The notes below the pieces were generated by a model. It saw nothing but the letters and a program-made list of their open reading frames with translations. It did not search any database and had not been told where the DNA came from. This document shows positions 53,107-64,000 of a DNA stretch of 64,000 bases, piece after piece. The position numbers and the translations under genes are program-made. The DNA is from Octopus vulgaris (lineage: Eukaryota), in contig OX597814.1 in NCBI GenBank assembly GCA_951406725.2, forward strand, positions 12,462,001 through 12,526,000, given 5' to 3'. Numbering within the stretch: position 1 is the stretch's first letter; every line of letters begins with the position of its first letter.

Positions 53107-53656
53107 GAACTCCTGGTTTGGATTTGAAAACACTGAAAGCGGGAGCATACCCTTTCGGCCTGCCATCGCCTCTGAAGATCTGCTCAAAACTAACAGTGCT
53201 AGCAAATTCAAATATGCAAGCGAAGAATTTCTGCTCTCCTTTCCACCAGCGTGGGTTAAAATCAGCAAACACTATGCTTTTTTCGGTAAAATCCGAGGCA
53301 TTATAAAGAGAGAGATGAATTATAATTTCAACAATTGAGGGTAAAATTAATTAATTAATCAATTTCACCAAGTATTCAGTACTGAATACTTGGTGAAATT
53401 GATTAATTAATTAATTTTACCCTCAATTGTTGAAATTATAATTCATCTCTCTCTTTATAATGCCTCGGATTTTACCGAAAAAAGCATAGTGTTTGCTGAT
53501 TTTAACCCACGCTGGTGGAAAGGGAGAGCAGAAATTCTTCGCTTGCATATTTGAATTTGCTAGCACTGTTAGTTTTGAGCAGATCTTCAGAGGCGATGGC
53601 AGGCCGAAAGGGTATGCTCCCGCTTTCAGTGTTTTCAAATCCAAACCAGGGAGTTC

Positions 53657-53709
53657 TGAGCTGATGATAGAAGTGTCGATTTTGACTAATCTTGAAACGT
53701 ACGTTCTCA
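53657..53709 (+). ncRNA. Type-I hammerhead ribozyme
   Basis: tgag-CTGATGA-t aga agt gtc gatttt gac taa tct t-GAAA-cgtacg-TT-ctca; palindromic stem III. Confidence 0.75.
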
Positions 53710-54011
53710 AATAACCTTTGCATTTGATTTTTTAATGTCTCTACCCCCATACTTCCGTGAGTTGAGTTGAGCAAACACTATATGAGAGAGGTTTTCTTTA
53801 AGTATTGGAGATAGTTTTTAAAAAGGTTTTTTTAGCTGCTATTTCTAATGAGTTCAGTATGCGGCAAAGTAATTTATTTTACTAAGCCCTTTTATATAAT
53901 GTAATAATTTGAATTCGCCTTAAATGGTCCCTTTGTATACTGAATACTTGGTGAAATTGATTAATTAATTAATTTTACCCTCAATTGTTGAAAATATATA
54001 TATATATATAT

Positions 54012-56870
54012 AACTTAGAATAACTTAGAAAGGTTTTGGCCAGTATTGGCCCAGGCCATGTCTAACTTAATAGCACCACCTGGCGAAGTCTTTCAGTTCA
54101 GGATTTGGGCACCAAGGCCCATTCGAGCAGAGAGTTATTGTTTGCGGAGACATATCCGGGTGTGGGTGGTTTCTCCGGTACTGTTTGAAGGAATTTGTCC
54201 AAAGACTTCTTGAATTTTGTGTGGTCAGTTTCTTTTTTGACGTGTCCTGGTGTAATGTTGAAGAGAGCGGGTCCAATTGAGGTGAAATAGTTGTGCCGTA
54301 TTGTCGTTATGTGATGCGATTTAGATTTTTGTTGTGGACGGATGGCACGTGGTCCAAGCCTTGGATGTATTTTGAAGGTGATGCCAACATCATTCGGACA
54401 GTGCGTCTTTGGAGTGAATACAATTTCAGCTTCTCTAGTCTACCCCAGTAGTCAAGGTCTGACATGCCATCTATCTTTTTTGTGATTGACCTTTGGGGAG
54501 CTTCAATTCTCATAATATTTTGTTTTGTGTAGGGAGACCACAGTGGACAGCAATATTCAAGGTGGGGTCGGGCAAAAGTGGAGAAGAGAAGGATTATAGC
54601 GTGGGAATCTCTCGACTGGAAGGTTCTGAGAATCCAGGAACACATTCTGCGGGCCATGTCAACTTTGCTGCTTATATGTGTAGCCCAGCTTATGTTGTTG
54701 TCCACTGTTACTCCCAAGTCTCTGATGTTGTTGGATGCCATGAGAATTTCTCCAGAAGGAAGAGAGTATGGGAGTTTCAGAGCGTCCTCCCTTCCAAAGT
54801 GGATCAGTTCGAATTTGTCTTCATTTAGCAACATGTTATTCTTTTCCGTCCATTGGACAACAGCCAGTAGGTCTGACTGAAGGTTTATTCGGTCATCCAC
54901 GCCATTGATGACCTTCTGGAGCTTGGAATCATCAGCGAAGGTTCTGATGTTACTGTGTTTGATGGTGTCAGTAATATCATTTATGTAGATGATGAAGAGA
55001 AGTGGGCCCAACACAGTGCCTTGTGGGACACCACTGCTGACTTTGGCTGGGCTAGGATTTGACTCCTTCGACTACAACATGTTGGGTTCTGTTAGACAGG
55101 AAGCACTTGATCCACTACAGCAGCTTTCCAGTGACACCAATATTGGACAGCTTTCTCAGAAGGATCTTATGATCAACCCTGTCAAAGGCCTTGCTAAAAT
55201 TAAGGTAGATGACATCAGTGTTGGAACCTTCTCCCAAGGCTCTCAAAATGTCATCAAAATGATGCAGTAGCTGCGTCAGGCAATCTCTCCCATTACGGAA
55301 TCCATGCTTGTTGGGGTTCAGCATATTATGACTCTCAAGGAAGTGAGTCATACGCGATCTCAGCACCCTCTCAAATACCTTGATGATATGAGAGGTGAGT
55401 GAGATTGGACGGTAATTCACGGCAAGCGATTTGTTTCCTTTTTGAAAACTTGGACAACAGACTGGGATAGAAGGTCTTCTGGTATATATCCAGCATCCAG
55501 TGAGTTCCGCCAGAGATTGGCTAGAGGGGGTGCAAGTTGGTTTTGTCACATCTTCAAGACACAAGCAGGGAACCTATCGGGACCTACTGCTGAATTATGC
55601 TTCATTTCCTTTATTGCTGCTAAGACATCAGGAGCGCCAAATGTTATGTCCGATAAAGTGTATTGGGGAGTAACATCACTGATACAGCCCAGATCAGTCA
55701 TATCAGGATTGCTGAAAACAGAGCAATATTGTTTCTGCAATATCTCTCCCATGGTTTTGGCATTGTCTTGAAGAGTACCATTTTCATCAATCAGAGGGCC
55801 AACAGTAGAACCAGTGACTCTGTGTTTTTTTGCAAATGAAAAGAACACTTTGGGATTGAGTTTGATCTTCTCAATGGCCCAGGCCTCTTCAGCTCTTCTC
55901 GCTGACTATTGATGATAGACATCATGTTGTTTTGGAGTTTATGTTTTTTAATCTCTAGCGACGAGATGGCAGGTACGTTGGTGTGTTGCTGTTGACAGTA
56001 TTTCAGAATGTTGATCTTTTTGTTAATTCTTTTAATTTTCCTTATGAGAGATTTTCTATTCCTGGGGATTCGACACTTAGATTTGTTTGCAGATCTTAAT
56101 GGGGTGTGTCTTGCACATATGTTCGTGATGGTGTCTACAAGTGACTGCCAGGACTTTTTGATGTTAGTGGGTGTGTATGTGTGCGTGAAGGACCAATCGA
56201 CTTGTGCAAGATCATTATTGATCGCTTCCCAGTTTGCATTGTGGAAATCCATAGTGTCAAATGGATGAACAGGAGGGATGACATTTGTCTTGCATTTTGG
56301 CCAGTGAAATCTCAGATCACAGAGAACCATGTCATGATCGGAGAGTAGGGTTTTCTCCACTGCAATATTGTGGATAGTATCAGTGTGATTGCTGAAAACT
56401 AAGTCTAAGACGTTTTTGTGACATCTCGTTGGTTCGAGTACCAGTTGGGACAGGAAGAAATCATCCATGAAGTCAAGAAGCGATTCCACTGACTTCCTGT
56501 CAGGGGTTGAGAGAGAAGAACCTGGCGGCAGACTGTTTGTAGACCAGTCAATCCCGGGAAGGTTGAAGTCTCCCATCATTAAAATGCTGTCAGGTTGACA
56601 CTGCTGAATGAAACACTTTATGCTGTTGAGGCATTCCTTGAAGCATGGTAGGGGCGTTTGGGGGGGTCTGTAGAGCCCAACTACTGTTAAGTTGTTGGTT
56701 TGACTGAATACAGCGACTGCTTCGCAGTATCCATTGGAAAATATGTTCATGGCTTCTGTTGAGAATGAATCATGGACATAAATGGCAGTCCCACCCTTTC
56801 TTCTGCCAGCACGATCAGCACGAATGGTTTTGAAATTTTTAACTTTCACCTCGGCTTCCAAGTGGAGGTC
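54012..56870 (-). mobile_element. CR1-like LINE ORF2 (APE endonuclease + RT), 5'-truncated, frameshifted
   Basis: APE: GGTAIYV, GLYRPP, MGDFNLP, PTR..NVLDLVF, LSDH. RT: NYRPISLTS, FSKAFDRVDH, GVPQGTVLGPLLF, FADDSK. 3' tail (TTCTAAGTTA)2 at (TA)n. Confidence 0.93.
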
Positions 56871-56874
56871 ACTA

Positions 56875-57915
56875 AGATGGGTTTATGTATTCGCTTTGCA
56901 AGGTTGTTGATGTGAATTCGTGTGTTGAAACGGATTTTGTTGTATTTGAGGATGGTCGTGTTGCCATCTTAGCCAATGAAAACACACGCATTATATATTT
57001 GGTGGTCACTTGCTTCACCTTTATTTTATATAAATTGTATTTCGGCCAGAGTTCTTTCGTCACACATCTGTTGACCTCATCAGTGGTCCTTTGCTTTCTT
57101 CCCTCTTTTTTGTGTCCTACCTTCCTAACAATCTGCCATTTTTTATTCCCATTGTATGTGTCTTTATTTGCGCATGCGTATATCCCTGAGTGTGTCTATG
57201 TTTAGTAAGTGTGTGTGTGGGAATGTGTATGATACTTGCATTATCAATATCCCTTGTTAATTCACGTTCGTTTAATTTACTTTTATTTATTTCATTCATT
57301 TGTTTTTATCTACTTACTTTTTCACTTATTTCTTTATTGTATTAATTTAATTTAATTTATTATATTTTGTTTATGTATATAATTATTTAATTCCATTTAT
57401 TTATCAGTCTATTGTATTAGTTTCATATTATTATTACTTTACGGGGATCTTACACTGTCATAGGTTGTGGTGTGTGGGGCGTGTGTACTAGTGTTCCATT
57501 CTAGTTTTCTATTTAGGCCAGGTTTATTTTCTATTATGTGTGTAGCTTCCGTAATTTGTCTAAGTGTTGCGTCCGTTCTGTGATGGACAAAATTCTAACT
57601 TCTATGTTGTTGAGTGAGTCACCGCGTTCCCACTCGGCGTGCTGGTATAGAACCAATGAGCTCTTCTCTTCCTTAAGTTCTCTTCAATGCTCATTTACCC
57701 GCACTCCTCTGCTCCCAGCTATCTCTCCTACGTACGTTGTTTTCTTAGTTCTGCACTGCCCCTCTGCGGGCTAAATCTACATACAATACAGTTCTTATCA
57801 GTATAGGGGATTCTATTAAAAGGGTAGGTTCTGCTGATTAGGGATTTGATAGGGTTACTTGGCCTTTCTACAACCTTAATTCTTAGCTCAAGCTTGTCTA
57901 GGGCCTTTCTAAAGT
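56875..57915 (-). mobile_element. Penelope-like element (Neptune-type) 3' fragment: GIY-YIG endonuclease relic plus 3' non-coding region
   Basis: Minus strand KVVERP..IKSLI..PF..CIVC; C..K.TYVGE..SRGVRVNEH; LYQHA; RQITEATHIIENKPGLNRKLEW; hammerhead downstream. Confidence 0.82.
57044..57089 (-). ncRNA. Type-I hammerhead ribozyme in the Penelope 3' region
   Basis: Minus strand: gg(a)cca-CTGATGA-g gtca acagatgtg tgac-GAAA-g aa c-TC-tggcc. Confidence 0.75.
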
Positions 57916-57940
57916 GGTATGCCAGTATATCTATTTTGAA

Positions 57941-58170
57941 AAGGCGGCAAGCTGGCAGAATCGTCAGTACGCGGGGCGACATGCTTACCACTATATCGTC
58001 TTTTTTTACGTTCTGAGTTCAAATTCCGCCGAGGTCGACTTTGCCTTTCATCTCGGGTTCGATTAAATAAGTACCAGTTACGCATTGGAGTCGATGTAAT
58101 CGACTTAAACACCTTGTCTGTCGTTGTTTGGCCCCTCTATGTTTAGCCCTCTGTGGGCAATAAGGAAATA
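57941..58170 (+). mobile_element. SINE family C
   Basis: Same head, body and tail as 31318-31550. Confidence 0.9.
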
Positions 58171-58790
58171 TTATATACAGCTAACTATTAAACACCATAC
58201 GTAGACGAAGTTTCTGGGTATGCTCTACTAGTTTAACGAACTATTGAACATTCTCACATTATTTAACGATTCTGTATGTTTTCTATACATGTTCTAAAAT
58301 TCTCTCAAGGTTTCCATTACTGTCAAAAATTTATTTCTTCTATTGTATTTATTCTATCACGTTTTTTGCCTTTTCTTTCCATCCGCTTATTTTATTCGTT
58401 TTCCTTCACGCTATTTTCCCTTTTTTCTACACACGTCCACACATCTTATCTAAATCTATAGATGGCACGTAATATTACTAAGTATCAAGTCCGGTTTCCT
58501 TATCACATATATGCACTCACACCACACGCAACCTAAAGAGAAAAATCTGTACAGTTAGATACCCATTTTCTAAGGCGTGCATGGCATATAAACTGAAAAA
58601 AAAAAAAAATGCAAGGAAACAAAAACAACAACAACAACAAAAACAAAACAGTAACCATTCCACAACCAAGTTCACGCAAACAGAGTGACACATGTGCATA
58701 ACAACATAGCGCACAGCACACAAACATACAACACATACAAGCATGCTCCAGATATCTCTCATCTTATTAGACATCATAGACACTGCACGT

Positions 58791-59101
<311 letters not shown>

Positions 59102-59299
59102 ACACACATCACACCACGCACACACAGGTTATGCGGATTGTAACAGGATTATGTATACATTTTAGATCCAAGATTAACTGGAGATGGATTGGATTGCAGG
59201 AGCAGAGAAGTGGATGCAATAGGCATCACTTTTACATCACACTGGGTGTCTGAAAGTACGGCTTTCAAAAGCCGAAGATGGAATTGCAGCAAATAGATA

Positions 59300-60436
59300 T
59301 ACTCTTCTCTATTCTGGGTACAAGGCCCAACATTTTGAGGGGGTGCCGGTCGACTAGATCGACTCCAGTATACAACTGGCACTTAATTTATCGACCCCGA
59401 AAGGATAAAAGGCAAAGTCGACCTCGGCGGAATTTGATCTCAGAACGCACAGACAGACGAAATACTTATTTCTTTACTACCCACAAGGGGCTAAACAAAG
59501 AGAGGACAAACAAGGACAGACAAACGGATTAAGTCGATTATATCAACCCCAGTGCGCAACTGGTACTTATTTAATCGACCCCGAAAGAATGAAAGGCAAA
59601 GTCAACCTCGGCGGAATTTGAACTCAGAACGTAACGGCAGACGAAATAACTATTTCTTTACTACACACAAGGGGCTAAACATAGAGAGGACAAACAAGGA
59701 CAGACAAACGGATTAAGTCGATTCTATCAACCCCAGTGCGTAACTGGTACTTATTTAATCGGCCCCGAAAGGATGAAAAGGCAAAGTCGACCTCGGTGGA
59801 ATTTGAACTCAGAACGTAACGGCAGACGAAATAACTATTTCTTTACTACCCACAAGGGGCTAAACATAGAGAGGACAAACAAGGACAGACAAACGGATTA
59901 AGTCGATTCTATCAACCCCAGTGCGTAACTGGTACTTATTTAATCGACCCCGAAAGGATGAAAGGCAAAGTCGACCTCAGCGGAATTTGAACTCAGAACG
60001 TAACGGCAGACGAAATAACTATTTCTTTACTACCCACAAGGGGCTAAACATAGAGAGGACAAACAAGGACAGACAAACGGATTAAGTCGATTCTATCAAC
60101 CCCAGTGCGTAACTGGTACTTATTTAATCGACCCCGAAAGGATGAAAGGCAAAGTCGACCTCGGCGGAATTTGAACTCAGAACGTAACGGCAGACGAAAT
60201 AACTATTTCTTTACTACCCACAAGGGGCTAAACATAGAGAGGACAAACAAGGACAGACAAACGGATTAAGTCGATTCTATCAACCCCAGTGCGTAACTGG
60301 TACTTATTTAATCGACCCCGAAAGGATGAAAGGCAAAGTCGACCTCGGCTGAATTTGAACTCAGAACGTAGCGGCAGTCGATATACTGCTAAGCTTTTCG
60401 CCCGGCGTGCCAAAGTTTCTGCCAGCTCACCGCCTT
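59300..60436 (-). repeat. SINE family C with tandem array of five ~184-bp internal units
   Basis: Units start at 59467, 59651, 59836, 60020, 60204; SINE head at ~60385-60436; alternative tail at 59300-59466. Confidence 0.93.
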
Positions 60437-61699
60437 TGCAAAATAGATATACTAGATCTTTGAAATGTCAGTAAATGGATTTATTGGTATGTTGTTCTTT
60501 TTTGGAATTTCAGAATGCAATCACGAATCAAACTGTGAAAAGTTGACACGTATAGCGCATAGTTAATCCAAGTTTTTCACATACAAGACATTATACATAG
60601 AACGTACATATACAATTCTTTTACAGTATGTATTACCTCATTCACTTTCATTTTGAGACGTGAGGTGAAATATAAAGCAACGGACTTTGTAATGATAATC
60701 CTGAAGAACAAATCTCATACCACCATTCAACAAAGATACGTCTATGGCATAAGTCCTCGCATAGTTTATTGCCGGAGGCTTGTGGTAGCTACTGTAATAT
60801 TGACAAGTGGCTTCTAATCTTACGATCCTATAATATTTATGAGCTTTGATAAAACATTTTAAATATCCTTTCGATTATAATAATTTCCATGAAGCAAAAG
60901 ACCAAAATGCCAAAATACTTCTATTCCATCTACAAGAATCAACATAGATTTAACCTCACATTTTATAATCCGTTCTTAGTAGAAATTTTTTTTTTAAATA
61001 CAGCATATGTTTTAGAGTTCCTTTCGCATGTAACTTTGCTCTATGAAATTATTAGAGTAATTCCCTTGTCACTTCATCCAGTATCTACAACATTTCGAAA
61101 CGCTTACAAGTCACAATATGCTATTATCTTAGTTTATAAATTCTCAAGACTTGTGCTTATATAAGAAACAATTATTATTTGTTGTCTTTAACCAGCTATC
61201 TAATGGAACCGCAAATTTCACAGGCATGGTGATGAATCATACTTTTTCGTTGATTATAAATATATATATATATACATACATACATGTGTGTGTGTGTGTG
61301 CCTATATGTTTTCTATCGCTCTTGCAGTTTTCTTGGTGTGAAATTATATGTTACAGCTAATATTCTTTTAGTTGGGAGAGTGTTACAAATAACAACTGTC
61401 TTGATGTTGCTATATTATGAATGCCAAGAAACTGTTTGAGATAATAAATTATTTTCCTTGGAAAACCATATCTAAGGACAGTAATTCTGGGAACTGCATT
61501 ATTGTCTTACGTAAAATTTATCTGTAATACTAAGTCAGCAAATGTAATATAGTAATTGACAAAGACAATGCTAGATATTTTCTACCATTCATGGTAATGT
61601 TCATGCAGTTTCAGATAAGCTTTCATAATATATGGCCTAGAAATGATAGTTCAGACAAGTTCATAAGATTTGACAAATATTTCCAATTTTAAGAAACCC

Positions 61700-62345
61700 T
61701 AATATGGCTGCAAAATATTCTAAAAGTGAGAAAAACAAAGACAAATGGTTTGATGAATATAATTATGTTTACGACTTTCATAAGTTTAGTTCCGATGAGA
61801 CAAGGAAACTGTGACGTTGTGAGATCCGCTATACATGTGCTCGTGTTCATACAGAGAATAAACCAGCTGAACCTATATTTATTTCAACAATCAATAGTCA
61901 TGATCACGAACCAGTGATCACGAATGCAGTGGAAGCACGATTCGCCATTTCAGCATTAACAAAAAAGTTGCAAGATGGAGTTGAGACAAGTACTCGAGTG
62001 CTCGTTTCAGGAACTACAAATAATATTAGTGAGAATGCGAAATATGAATTACCACGGTTGCAAACAGTTTGTAGAAGAATTAAAAACTGGCGCAATGGAG
62101 GTTTTGGTGCTCCTCCGTTGCCTCTTCATCGAACTAGATTTCAAGTGTCTGATTCTTTTAAGTACTTGGAAGGCGGTGATTCGTGCCTACAATGCGACTC
62201 AGGCAGTAATGAGGAAAAGAGGATTTTAATCTTTGCCTCATAAGAAGGTCTTTAACAACTGGAAAGCACCTCATTTTTAGGAATGGATGGCACGTTCAAA
62301 TCATCACCAAGTGCATGGTATCGGCTTTTCACCATTCATGCTTTT
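61700..62345 (+). mobile_element. Degenerate MULE (Mutator-like) transposase with FLYWCH-like N-terminus
   Basis: Y.Y.FHK..RCE....CARVHT..H.H.P; DSG..EKRILIFAS..GL..L....GMDGTFKSSP..W..LFTIHA. Confidence 0.8.
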
Positions 62346-62749
62346 CACCATTCATATTGTTTCACTTATTGGTTTTGGCCATTTTGGGGTACCAACATCA
62401 ATAAAATCTACCCGTTTACTATTTTAAGCCGGGTACTTAATCTCACATTTTCTGTATTGCTTTCTATTTTGTTTTACTGTTTCCATAATTATTTGGTCGC
62501 ATTCTACACTAAACATCAGTTAAGCACATTTACGTATATCGCTGGGATGTAACATTACAAATCCCTGACATAACGTATAAGTACCCTACATCAATTATCG
62601 TATTGGGATGACTGCAACAGACAAAGATTGATATAATTCTAACGATATTTAACAATCACAATAATTTAAGCTTAAATAAGCAACGTTTATTTATAGGCAA
62701 CCTTGATAAGCGTTTCCGTGTGAGCGTGCTTGTGTGTATGTGCATACGT

Positions 62750-62753
62750 TTTC

Positions 62754-62803
<50 letters not shown>

Positions 62804-62938
62804 TGTATATATATATATATGTATGTATATATATATATATATGTATGTATATATATATATATATATGTACGTATGTATGTCTGTATATATAAATATGTAT
62901 TTGTATTATTTATGTACATTCGTACGTAAGCATATATG

Positions 62939-63013
<75 letters not shown>
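62750..63013. repeat. (TA)n/(TATG)n microsatellite
   Basis: Direct read; similar tracts at 25802-26015 and 52520-52866. Confidence 0.97.
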
Positions 63014-63015
<2 letters not shown>

Positions 63016-63709
63016 ATACATATTTACATATGTGCAGAGTCTCACATATATAAGTCCCTATGCGTATGTATACTTGTTGTGGGTGATGTGTATAACACCA
63101 TATCGCCTCAAAGCTTTCTGATAATCTTTTCTGATAATGAATTTTTTTCGTTTCACATCTTCATCTGGTCCAACTTCCTTCAACTTTTCGGCATCATCAC
63201 TCTTTATTTCTTTTCCCTCCTACACACACTAAAAATTATCATCCATGTTTAATTTCACACCTCAGTCTTTCATCCTTTCGATTCCATTCCGCTCCGCCCT
63301 CTCACACTTCCCTTCATTGATATGGTTTTCTTTTATTTTTTTTCTACAACTTGCCAGCTTGATATCCAACGATAAAAAGGTTTATGAACACCTTATTTCT
63401 TAGTTTATTTATTTATTTAGTTTTTGCTTTCTGCTCTTATCAATTTAACAGTTATCTAATTCCTAAAGTGCACTGGCTTTATAGCTTAGTATCTAGTGGA
63501 AGTTATCAAAGATGTGAACATATCTAGTCAGGTCATAATTTACTTCTCAGGTCCCGTCTCTGCTTATCGCTAATGAAAATTTATGAAATTTTCGTGGTAA
63601 TTTCAACCTGTTTAGTCCTCCATTGACTTTTTTCTCCCTCTTTATGTTACATTTGCGCATGAATACACATAAGCGCACAGGCACATAGATATATGTGCAA
63701 ACGTGTGTG

Positions 63710-63747
<38 letters not shown>

Positions 63748-63966
63748 AATCCCCAAAATGGAACAAGAACGTAACAGACAAGAATAAAGCACCTGGACAG
63801 ATAGACGCTACAAAGTCGGACAGGAAGAACAACAAAAAGACGGACAGGGAAAAGACAAGGACTGGTCATTCGCAGCCTTGCTAATCAGTCAAATTTCCAG
63901 ATTATCATTACAGTTTCAGCCGGTTCACTTCAGACTGTTCAAATCTGGCTGGCCCCAATTAAATAT

Positions 63967-63998
<32 letters not shown>

Positions 63999-64000
63999 AT

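Larger units (their letters stand above)
52867..53993 (+). mobile_element. ORF-less hammerhead mini-element in (TA)n: 558-bp period, 56-bp direct repeats, ~515-bp inverted 5' copy
   Basis: Palindrome 52867-53895 centred at 53380/53381; 53380-53435 repeated at 53938-53993; hammerheads in both arms. Confidence 0.88.

Noticed and set aside
52989-53774. Paired ORFs of 73-105 aa on opposite strands
   Set aside because: Mirror images produced by the palindrome; differ by frameshifts; non-ATG starts; no recognisable domain
59170-59300. Short GC-richer segment resembling an exon or a hAT dimerisation motif (AIPSSA)
   Set aside because: Too short and ambiguous on both strands
59467-60388. Regular repeat array resembling a CRISPR
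   Set aside because: Units are contiguous, near-identical 184-mers with no unique spacers; SINE-derived, eukaryotic context, no cas genes
63860-63950. Minus-strand CTGATTA-gcaaggctgc-GAAT in a TA-bounded island
   Set aside because: Two core mismatches and no stem I; insufficient

Overview
AT-rich eukaryotic intergenic or intronic DNA, dominated by microsatellites and transposon relics. The SINE sequences and repeat landscape point to a cephalopod (octopus-like) genome; this is recalled similarity, not a database result. No host gene could be supported, and nearly all ORF-track entries are microsatellite artefacts. Contents: (1) several R4/Dong-type RLE non-LTR retrotransposon pieces sitting in (TAA)n; (2) two CR1-like APE/RT LINEs; (3) a Neptune-like Penelope (GIY-YIG) fragment; (4) three abundant tRNA-derived SINE families plus a short tRNA-like one; (5) relics of Tigger/pogo, mariner, THAP+Harbinger/ISL2EU, Merlin and MULE transposons, MITEs and a non-autonomous Helitron. 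The main hidden signal is 10 type-I hammerhead ribozyme motifs (CTGANGA...GAAA...TH) from about 7 unrelated sequence families. Most lie in short non-coding elements embedded in (TA)n or (TATC)n. Two of these elements are 482-bp and 558-bp ORF-less units with one ribozyme per unit, terminal direct repeats and inverted 5' segments; a shared 3'-terminal hairpin motif recurs at several (TA)n junctions. Together they suggest a microsatellite-targeting, Penelope-mobilised, retrozyme-like system. Coordinates were read by eye and may be off by a few bases.
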